A stretch of 64,000 nt of DNA from Bradymonadia bacterium (lineage in GTDB: Bacteria; Myxococcota_A; Bradymonadia; UBA7976; UBA1532): the NCBI GenBank assembly GCA_046290225.1, contig JBKAGE010000039.1:118144-182143 (forward strand), given 5' to 3'. Both the position numbers and the translations under genes were made by a program. This document shows, piece by piece, positions 30,163 through 37,795 of the stretch. The notes below the pieces were generated by a model. The model was not told the DNA's origin. It searched no databases and saw only the letters and a list, made by a program, of their open reading frames with translations. Position 1 is the stretch's first letter, and each line of letters starts with the position of its first letter.

Positions 30163-32282
30163 GGCGTGCCTCGATGCATGTCGAGGTAGGTGCGGACGAT
30201 GGCGGTCCGGTCTTGGTCCGGGAGGTCGGCGGTGGCCTCCGCGAGCAGCGTGCCCACTTCGGCGACAGCCTGGGCTCGCAGGGATTCGGTGACACCGTCC
30301 GCCAGCTCGGGCAACGGGACACACTGGAGCAGGCGGTGCAGCTCGGCCAATTGGAACGCGGTGGCAACGGCCGTCTTCTGGGGACGCCCGGGCTGGGGCT
30401 CCCGACGAGCGCGGAGCGCTTCGCGGGCCAGCTCGACCGGAGATCGGTGTCCCAGGAGCGCCGCACGAAGCCCCGTCTCGGTCATCCCGGCATCGGCCAG
30501 ACGGTTGCGTATGCCCGGAAGCGCGTGGACGAAGTCGCGCACTAGGTAGCTGAGGATGTCGCCCGTGAGCGAAGGCGACTCCTGGGCCCCCTTGACCGGG
30601 TCGATGCTGTGTCCGAAGCCCCCGTCCTCGCTCTCGCCAGTCGGGCGCAGGCCCAGGAACCAGGCGATGAGCGACTGCTCGTCCTCGCGTGAGCGGGACT
30701 CGACTACCGGGAAGAGGTGCTTGTCCTCGAAGACGACGGGCACGATGGCGGTGAGCTCGCCCCACGTGACCTCTGCTTCCAGGTCAGGCAGCGCTGGCCA
30801 AGCCCCCCGGTCGGCTTCGGGAAGGTGCTCCATCCACGATGCCCGCAGAGGCGTGGTGGCATGGAAGAACCCATGAGCATCTGACGGTGCCCCTATCGTC
30901 CACGCGTCGAACCACTCCTCCCGATTGAGAAGGCGAGAGCGGATGTCACGCATCCGAATGACTACCTCTGGAGGCCACTCTGCCGCATCGCCCTCGAGGA
31001 CCAGCTCGTCCCTTCGAGCTCGGAGCGAGACGATGAATGTCGGCCAGCCGACGCCGTCGTCCCCGTCGAAGGGCGTGGGCTCGACCACGAAGTCTTCGGG
31101 CGCGCGGGTCACCTTGCGCCACGCGGTCCCGAAGGACAGCACTGCCGTCAAACCAGCAGCTTCCTTCTTCGGCAGCGCCCACATCAGGCCCGCTTCGGCA
31201 TTGCTGCTGCTCACCAGGCCCATGCCCTTGCGGGTGAGGTTGAACGAGCCGATCGCCAGGCGCGTGTGCTTACTCCCTTCGACGAGCAGCGCCTTGGCGT
31301 GCAGCGAGCGCTGACCATCAGCCTTGGGCGCGCGACGGGCGGCCACCTCATCGAACTCCCCCTCGTCGTCCTCGTCGGTCGCCGTGCATCCGTACCCAGG
31401 GTCGGCCGCGGCGACCTCGACGGACGCGCCCGCCGTCAGGAGCGCTCGCACGAGACCGGCCGGGATCACCGGGCGCGCCCGTCCCTTCTCGTCGAGGTCA
31501 GCGGGACCGATGAGGCGCACCGTCTTCCAGTTGCCACCACACAGCCTCCGCAGCGCTGTGGCCACGTCCGATAGGTCGTCGCCCGCCGGCCAGAACGGAC
31601 TGGAGATGGTCACCCGGGACACCCGGTCTCCCTGGGACGCAAGGGGCGGGAACCCGGCTTCCGATGGAAGCCCGACGAAGCGCAGCTGCTCAACTCGCCG
31701 CGGTGCCGGGCGGTTCTTGAAGACCGCCTTGATATCTCGGAGCTGGCGCGTCACCTGTTCGGTCGTTTCGCCGACCAGACCTTCGAGCCAGGACACCGCG
31801 TCGCGCACTGCGGTCGCAGCTTCGGCGGCGGCCCCGGGCGCATCGTCGATGGCAGCGCCGACCTCGATGTTGCTTCGGAATCCCGGGCTGGTGAGGTTGG
31901 CAGAGCCTACGACCAGTCGCACGACCTGACTTGTTGGCTCTGGCGCTGCGGGCGAGACGAACCGCAGTATCGCCACTTTGGCATGCAGCTTCGGGTAGCG
32001 CCCCTCCGGGATGGGAACGAGATCAATCCGCGGCGAGCGACGCAGACCGGCCTGATACCGGCCGGGGTGGAAGAACACCGACACCTCGGTGTCCTGCAGC
32101 GCTCGTTCGAGCTCCAAGCGAAACTCCCTCCCTCGTGCCGCCGGGAGTCGCAGGTCCAGCGCAACGGGGAGGAGGTCCTCCTCGAGGAAGTCCGCCTGCA
32201 GCTCATAGGTGGTCGCCACAGCGCTGGCGAGCCGGTAGCCCTGCGGGGGCTCCCACAACTCGAGAAGTCGACGCGCCTTCAC
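30159..32282 (-). CDS. phospholipase D superfamily protein (putative nuclease)
   Basis: LHAKV..GSANLT and LHAKA..GSFNLT half-sites; GTG start overlaps the upstream stop. Confidence 0.85.
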   Translation of the reverse strand: MKARRLLELWEPPQGYRLASAVATTYELQADFLEEDLLPVALDLRLPAARGREFRLELERALQDTEVSVFFHPGRYQAGLRRSPRIDLVPIPEGRYPKLHAKVAILRFVSPAAPEPTSQVVRLVVGSANLTSPGFRSNIEVGAAIDDAPGAAAEAATAVRDAVSWLEGLVGETTEQVTRQLRDIKAVFKNRPAPRRVEQLRFVGLPSEAGFPPLASQGDRVSRVTISSPFWPAGDDLSDVATALRRLCGGNWKTVRLIGPADLDEKGRARPVIPAGLVRALLTAGASVEVAAADPGYGCTATDEDDEGEFDEVAARRAPKADGQRSLHAKALLVEGSKHTRLAIGSFNLTRKGMGLVSSSNAEAGLMWALPKKEAAGLTAVLSFGTAWRKVTRAPEDFVVEPTPFDGDDGVGWPTFIVSLRARRDELVLEGDAAEWPPEVVIRMRDIRSRLLNREEWFDAWTIGAPSDAHGFFHATTPLRASWMEHLPEADRGAWPALPDLEAEVTWGELTAIVPVVFEDKHLFPVVESRSREDEQSLIAWFLGLRPTGESEDGGFGHSIDPVKGAQESPSLTGDILSYLVRDFVHALPGIRNRLADAGMTETGLRAALLGHRSPVELAREALRARREPQPGRPQKTAVATAFQLAELHRLLQCVPLPELADGVTESLRAQAVAEVGTLLAEATADLPDQDRTAIVRTYLDMHRGTP

Positions 32283-33607
32283 GATGCAGCCTCCCACGCC
32301 CCTGCCTCTCGGAGCATGCCGGCGAACTGTTCGATCCGGTACGGATGGGTGAACGCCGAGGCGCTCGGCTTCTCCGGCCTCTCGTCGAGGGCGTACCGAG
32401 GCGCCACGACGACTTCATGCCCGCGAAGCTCAACCCATGGGAGCTTCGGCTGCCTGGAGGCGTCCAGCTTGCCCGCCTGGACCCGTTCGTGATGACGCAC
32501 CAGACCCTCGACCAGGCGAGCTTCGTCAGGGGCCCGAACTGTGGGTTCGACGGCCAGGCTGAAACCGTGAACAGCGTCAGCCACTGCGTGCGGCAGGCTC
32601 GCTCCATGGGCACTCAGCGCGCTCTTCAGTGCGTCGCCCAGGTCCTCGAGCGCGGCAGAGCCGCCGGCGAGACCGATTGACTTCGCCGGTACTGGCCGGC
32701 GGTAGCCGACAGCCCGAATCTGGTCGAAGCGGTAGAGCAGCTCTCGGTGGAGGTTCTCAAACGCGGACGCCACTGCAAGAACGGCAGCGAGGCGTTCCGA
32801 CAGTGGGTCCCGCTCCTTCCGGAGTTGAGCGTTCAGTCCTTGGAAGGTGTCCCCATCGGACGACGTGCCGTCGGTCGCCTGCATCGCCGCGGCCACCTTC
32901 CGGTGTGCGCCTGGCTCCAGAAGGGCGTCGGCCAAGAGACGGCGCTCACGTGTCGTCGCAGCACCGAGGTGGGCGCTCCGCCCCCATTCGACAAGGGCCT
33001 GCTCCGAAAGGCTGGGCGAATCTCCGCGCACGACTCGCAGCAGTGTTCCTCGGTTTGGCGTGCTGCGATGGCGGAGGAAGGCTTCGGCAAGCTCCACTCC
33101 GCGCGGCGTGAGCGCACCCGACTCGTGTTCGACGAGCCCTCCCGCCACCAACGTGACCCAGTACGTGCCGACGCCGCCAACGCCCGCCTGGTTGCGGAGC
33201 ATCGGGAACGCCGGTGACCGAATCCCCTCCGAAACCGCACGGCGGACGTAGGACACGCCGCGAAGTTGTCGCCAGGCCGGGCAGTCCTCGGTCACGCCCT
33301 CCGCCTTGGCGTAGGTGCCGGTGGCGAGCGCAACCAGCCTCTCCCAGGCGAGGACTTGTTGTCTCCGTGCTCGCCCCGCGCGTCCACCGGTGGGCGCATC
33401 GGGCACGTCGTCGAGAAGTCGGAGCCCGGCGCAGACCCACGAGAGGTAGCGAACCCGGGACGTGATCGTCGTGACGCCGGGGAGCAGGGTCGTGGCGATG
33501 GCCGTGAACGGCCTGAGCGCTCCAAGCGGATCAATGCTACCGGAGCTGGCCGCTCGAGGATCCCAGGCAGAAACGAACGGGAGTGGCAGGCCGGCGTTAG
33601 TTGTCAC
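32279..33607 (-). CDS. hypothetical defence protein (DUF6361-like N-terminus)
   Basis: DPLG..LLPGVTTITSRVRY N-terminal pattern; first gene of the PLD/helicase trio. Confidence 0.65.
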   Translation of the reverse strand: MTTNAGLPLPFVSAWDPRAASSGSIDPLGALRPFTAIATTLLPGVTTITSRVRYLSWVCAGLRLLDDVPDAPTGGRAGRARRQQVLAWERLVALATGTYAKAEGVTEDCPAWRQLRGVSYVRRAVSEGIRSPAFPMLRNQAGVGGVGTYWVTLVAGGLVEHESGALTPRGVELAEAFLRHRSTPNRGTLLRVVRGDSPSLSEQALVEWGRSAHLGAATTRERRLLADALLEPGAHRKVAAAMQATDGTSSDGDTFQGLNAQLRKERDPLSERLAAVLAVASAFENLHRELLYRFDQIRAVGYRRPVPAKSIGLAGGSAALEDLGDALKSALSAHGASLPHAVADAVHGFSLAVEPTVRAPDEARLVEGLVRHHERVQAGKLDASRQPKLPWVELRGHEVVVAPRYALDERPEKPSASAFTHPYRIEQFAGMLREAGAWEAAS

Positions 33608-33649
33608 GTGGCCTCCAGGGATCGTGGCAGACCGTTCGCGTCGCCCTCA

Positions 33650-35404
33650 TCATTGCTCGGCCTCGAAGTAGTCCTCGGTCAACCCTGGATTCGGCGCGAA
33701 CTCGCGCCACTGAATCATGATCTCGCCAACCTCCATAGGCTCACTGCCGATTCGCTCGAGCGCGGCGTTCACCCGGTCGCACTGGGATTCGTTCAGGTAG
33801 AAGCGATGCCGGTCCAGCCAGTTGATCGCGGGGTGGTAGTTGTCGCGGCTTGATGACTCCAGTTGGGCGAGCTGCTCCTCGATCGTACTTCGCGCAACTC
33901 GGGGCTTGAGCACCGGGATCACGTCGACGGTCCGATCGTCGGACACGACGACCGCTAGCCGAGGTACCTCAGACGCCCCCACGTACCGAATGCCCGAGTT
34001 GTACCTGGAACCTCGAGATGGCGTGCACTCGGGTCGCGCAGGACCATCGAGAATCACGCCGATCGCGTGGCAGACGCAGTGGGGGTCCACGATAATCGTG
34101 CCGTCGATGTCACTCACACGACGATAGAGCGAAGGGCTGAGCTTCACCGGCGAAACGCGCGTGCCTTGCCCACGCAGGCGCTCGGCTTCGTCAGCTGCAT
34201 CCCGTGCAACAACCAACATGCTTCCGTGGCGTTGAGCAACCGCCGTATCGAATAGCGCTGTGAACGCATCAACGTCGTCGTCTGTTGCCTCGTCGAAGAG
34301 CCGGCGGAAGGTGTCAACGAGTCGGTTCCGGGGAAACCGCTCTTGCGGCAATGCTGGGACTCCGTACCGGCTGACGAGCAAGACCTGCTCGCCGCAGCAG
34401 AGGCTCCAGTGGAAGTGGTCGTGGAACTCGACCATGAAGACATTCTGGGTTGCCATCGGGTCGACACCGTCGGCGACAGTTCCGAGGCCCAGGATGTTCT
34501 CGCAGTCCGCGATGAGCGCGGTCTCCGCCGAGGCCATCTGGAGCACCTTTCGCGCCCATCGGGGTTGCCGGAACGGCACCGGCTCCGAGAGCTCAAGGTG
34601 GACATCGACCGCCGACCCGCTGGGGTTCGCCAGCAGCATGCGGCCTGTGCCCTCGGTGCCCTCGTACATCAATGAGGAGATTAAGTTGAATCGCTCGAAG
34701 AGGTCGGCCCCCCCATAGTTCCGTGTTCCGATGGAAAGCACCGGTGTGTGCATGAAGTCTGTCGCTGCTCGACGGACGATCTCCTCCGCCGAGCGAGAGC
34801 GACCACTGAGAAGACGGCCAGGGTCGGGACGCAGCAGCTCGTCGTAGGCTTCGTTCAAGACCTGGGCCACAGCGGAGTGAATCAGGCTGGGGCTTCCGTG
34901 GAAGTGTCCATCTGTGATCGGCTCGTTTAGAGGCGGGAACCGATGGAAGATCGCCTCCGGTAGCTGCAGGACCGGGACGACGTAGTAGCCTTCCACCGGA
35001 GCCGGACGGCCAGCAAACGAGCGGACCTCGTTGTCGCTGTCGTAGGTTGCGAGCGCGGCCTGCACCGCCTTCCGTGCCGAGTCGCGGCGGATGTTCTCCG
35101 GCTTGTCGCGCATGCTCGGCTCGTCGCCGTAGTACATGTTCTGCAACGGGTGCTCGCGCACCTCGGCTTCGATAGCGGCCAGCAAACCGTCGAAGAGCTC
35201 CAGGGGCCACTTTCCATCCTCGGGTTCGACGCACACTTCGTGTGGCTTCGATTCCCCTGGGACCGTCGCCCCGACCACAAGGCATTCCGCTCCGGCATCC
35301 TCGACCCCGAGCTCGGCCATGACGTTGTTCATCCGACGCTCGACGTCGTATCTGTAGTGCAGCTGGTACCCCCACATGAATAGCGTGATCGTCTTTCGGC
35401 TCAT
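33650..35404 (-). CDS. DisA_N/diadenylate cyclase (DAC)-domain protein with long N-terminal extension
   Basis: HGSMLVV, DIDGTIIVD (DGA-like), GVILDG, RGSRYNS (RHR-like), VVVSDDRTV. Confidence 0.8.
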   Translation of the reverse strand: MSRKTITLFMWGYQLHYRYDVERRMNNVMAELGVEDAGAECLVVGATVPGESKPHEVCVEPEDGKWPLELFDGLLAAIEAEVREHPLQNMYYGDEPSMRDKPENIRRDSARKAVQAALATYDSDNEVRSFAGRPAPVEGYYVVPVLQLPEAIFHRFPPLNEPITDGHFHGSPSLIHSAVAQVLNEAYDELLRPDPGRLLSGRSRSAEEIVRRAATDFMHTPVLSIGTRNYGGADLFERFNLISSLMYEGTEGTGRMLLANPSGSAVDVHLELSEPVPFRQPRWARKVLQMASAETALIADCENILGLGTVADGVDPMATQNVFMVEFHDHFHWSLCCGEQVLLVSRYGVPALPQERFPRNRLVDTFRRLFDEATDDDVDAFTALFDTAVAQRHGSMLVVARDAADEAERLRGQGTRVSPVKLSPSLYRRVSDIDGTIIVDPHCVCHAIGVILDGPARPECTPSRGSRYNSGIRYVGASEVPRLAVVVSDDRTVDVIPVLKPRVARSTIEEQLAQLESSSRDNYHPAINWLDRHRFYLNESQCDRVNAALERIGSEPMEVGEIMIQWREFAPNPGLTEDYFEAEQ

Positions 35405-36132
35405 GCTTCCTCCGTGGGGGCCTCAGCGGACTTTGGAGACGCGCCTGCCTCAGTTTCAGCAGTGGCCTCGGGCTCATCACTGCCTGAGGCAGCGTGGCCG
35501 CCGTGCTTGGTCGTCTCAAAGGCCTTGTCAGCTTCTGCGAAGCTGCCGTGTTGCTCGTCTACTCGGAGCCGACCCTGAAGCTCACCTGCACTGTTGCGGT
35601 CCGTCCAGTACTGGCCTACCAAGCCGGTTGCTGGGTCGCCTTCGACGTCTAGGAGGATCGCGCCGTAGTGGATGGGGCTACGGTCACGTACGGCGAGCTG
35701 AGGCTCGTTGCGGTACACGCCCGAGATTCTGTACACACCATCCTCCGCGCGATGAACTGACGACCCGACAAGCTCGGAGCTCGACTCGTCGGTCATCAGC
35801 CGCAGGCTCAGATGGGAATAGGTCTGGCGAACAACGAGGTAGCCGGTCTTCTCCGGCACCACCTCGCCCGTCGCCGGGTCTTGCCAGTTGCTCTTCAGAC
35901 TCACCCGCCAAGTACCGTTCAGGTTGGGTTTCTCAACGAACCACCCGTGTAGCCATCGCCACTTCCATGCCCAGTGTTGAAAGGCTAGGAGGAGCAGCGA
36001 CATGGAGGTAATGGTCGCGGACATCGACGTCAGCCATTCGATCTTCACCGCGACGCCGCTGACAAGGAGCACCAGCCCGCTGATGACCGCTGCCGCGATC
36101 AGTATCGTGCTCAAGTGAAGTCGAGAGATCAT
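35401..36132 (-). CDS. cap15: CBASS Cap15-like effector (2TM plus beta-barrel, S-2TMbeta)
   Basis: two TM helices, then PNLNGTW, VRQT, TDESSS, YRNEP, HYG, GQYWTDR..G; ATGA overlap with the cyclase. Confidence 0.88.
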   Translation of the reverse strand: MISRLHLSTILIAAAVISGLVLLVSGVAVKIEWLTSMSATITSMSLLLLAFQHWAWKWRWLHGWFVEKPNLNGTWRVSLKSNWQDPATGEVVPEKTGYLVVRQTYSHLSLRLMTDESSSELVGSSVHRAEDGVYRISGVYRNEPQLAVRDRSPIHYGAILLDVEGDPATGLVGQYWTDRNSAGELQGRLRVDEQHGSFAEADKAFETTKHGGHAASGSDEPEATAETEAGASPKSAEAPTEEA

Positions 36133-37055
36133 CCGAGCACCCCCACGTACGTCCAAGCGCCCACGACGAACTGTCTCGCCTGCTCTCGCGTCCACGGTTG
36201 ACTGGGCCGAAACAGGTACTTGAGCTCGTTGACCTCGCCCCACTCGCGGCACGTCTCGTCCTTCTCGGTGGCGGAGTAGAGGTAGGCCAGGATGCGTGCC
36301 ACATCGTCGGTGTATGCCGCGCTTCCGAAGTGCTTGTCGGGCACGTTCCAAACAAGGCACTCGATCAGGTATGAGGGAATCGGCGCCGCCTCGGCTCTTC
36401 CGGCTTGCTCCATCTCGTTGCGCAGCCGTTTGAGGATTCGGACCATCTTCTTGTATCGCGTGCCAGTATCCTGGTTCTTGTTGGTGCCGTTGCGGTAGTT
36501 CTGCTCCGGCCAGTTCACGATGCGTCCGCCGTTGTCTGGGTGCAGCTCCGTCCCGGACAGGTAGCGGACCTGGCCCAACACGTCGCGGTAGTACCGGCGA
36601 TGCTCGAATGTCGGAACGACATCCGCGTCGACGCGGTAGCTGTTCTCGTGGAGGTCGATTGCCTTGTTGCCGCGGGTCACGCTCTTTGCCCCCAGATAGG
36701 CTCGGAGCGCTGCCTCGACGTCGTCCTTGAACTGCCCGTAGGTATAGCTGGCGGTCACGAGCCCCACATCGGCATCGGTGGTCCCATCGGAGTGGTCGGC
36801 GAAGAAGACATCCATGCAGCGAACACACACATCGACGTCGCTGTCGGAGCGCACGTTTGTCCCGTTGCGGTACGAGCCCTGGGCAAAGACCTCTATGTTC
36901 CTGGTAGCGAAGCCGACGTAGGAGCGCACCGCGTTCCGCACGACACTGACCGCGTTGTCACACCGGTCCGTTTCGGTTGTCGAAGGCGGGCGGCCCCACG
37001 AACGAAAGTCTTGTTCCCAGTCTCGTCCCATCACTGCTCTCGTCGAGATACTCAT
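36129..37055 (-). CDS. cdnE: CBASS CD-NTase (CdnE-like cyclic dinucleotide synthase)
   Basis: QGSYRNGTNVRSDSDVD, DADVVP, IVNWPEQNY.NG..KN, YKKMVRILK, PSYLIECLVWN; alternative start at 37031. Confidence 0.9.
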   Translation of the reverse strand: MSISTRAVMGRDWEQDFRSWGRPPSTTETDRCDNAVSVVRNAVRSYVGFATRNIEVFAQGSYRNGTNVRSDSDVDVCVRCMDVFFADHSDGTTDADVGLVTASYTYGQFKDDVEAALRAYLGAKSVTRGNKAIDLHENSYRVDADVVPTFEHRRYYRDVLGQVRYLSGTELHPDNGGRIVNWPEQNYRNGTNKNQDTGTRYKKMVRILKRLRNEMEQAGRAEAAPIPSYLIECLVWNVPDKHFGSAAYTDDVARILAYLYSATEKDETCREWGEVNELKYLFRPSQPWTREQARQFVVGAWTYVGVLG

Positions 37056-37063
37056 CGCGTCAC

Positions 37064-37795
37064 CTACAGCCGGAAGTTGATGCCTTCGCGGCGAAGCCGC
37101 TCCTTGCGTGTTTCGTGGTCGGGCTGGATCATGCCGAGAAGCTTCCAGAAACGTGCCGAGTGGTCGGCGACGCGCAGGTGGCAGACCTCGTGAGCGACGA
37201 CGTAGTCGACGAGTGACATCGGCCCCATGACGATGCGCCAGTTGAACCTAAGCTCGCCCTTCGACGTGCAGCTGCCCCAGCGCTTCGCCTGGTCCCGGAC
37301 CAGCACCTTTGGCTCATCTACTCCGAGGCGCTCGGCGTACAGCCGCACGCGCTCGGGGATGCGCTTCGCGGCAAGTCCCTTGTACCAGGCCGTCAGTGCC
37401 GAACGAACGAGCGTTGCCTGCGTGCCGGCTTCGGGGATCGTCGTCTCCAACCATCCGCCGCGAAGCTTGACGATCGCCGACTCGCAGCCCGCGCGCCGAT
37501 TGACGAGGAGTCGGTATTGTCGTCCGAGGTAGCTGAACGACTCGCCGCTGACGAACTCGCGAGGAGGTGGGGGCGGCCCCAGCTCTTCGAACTCGGCCAG
37601 CCGTTGCACGACCCAAGCTCCCTTCTCGCGCACCACGTCATCGATCGCTTGGCCGTCGAGTTCCTCCGGCGCCAGGACCAGCACGCCATCTGCGAGGTCG
37701 ACGGCGATCGTCACCGTGCTTCGGCGCGCGCTTCTGTGGACGACGAAGGGTATCGTGCTCGTCCCGAAGCTGATGGATCGCTCAGTACCCATCAT
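37064..37795 (-). CDS. M48/YgjP-like metallopeptidase associated with type I R-M
   Basis: RWGSC, DYVVAHEVCHL..H...FW. Confidence 0.9.
   Translation of the reverse strand: MMGTERSISFGTSTIPFVVHRSARRSTVTIAVDLADGVLVLAPEELDGQAIDDVVREKGAWVVQRLAEFEELGPPPPPREFVSGESFSYLGRQYRLLVNRRAGCESAIVKLRGGWLETTIPEAGTQATLVRSALTAWYKGLAAKRIPERVRLYAERLGVDEPKVLVRDQAKRWGSCTSKGELRFNWRIVMGPMSLVDYVVAHEVCHLRVADHSARFWKLLGMIQPDHETRKERLRREGINFRL

Noticed and set aside
30163..30765. N-terminal extension of the helicase in the ORF track
   Set aside because: Overlaps the PLD gene and is low-complexity; ATG 30162 gives an ATGA coupling.
26947..33607. Assignment as DISARM, BREX or Zorya
   Set aside because: No DrmB/DUF1998, PglZ/BrxC or ZorA/ZorB-like genes are present.
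36133..36828. Apparent 475-aa version of the Cap15 ORF
   Set aside because: The extension lies out of frame within the CD-NTase; the real start is 36132.
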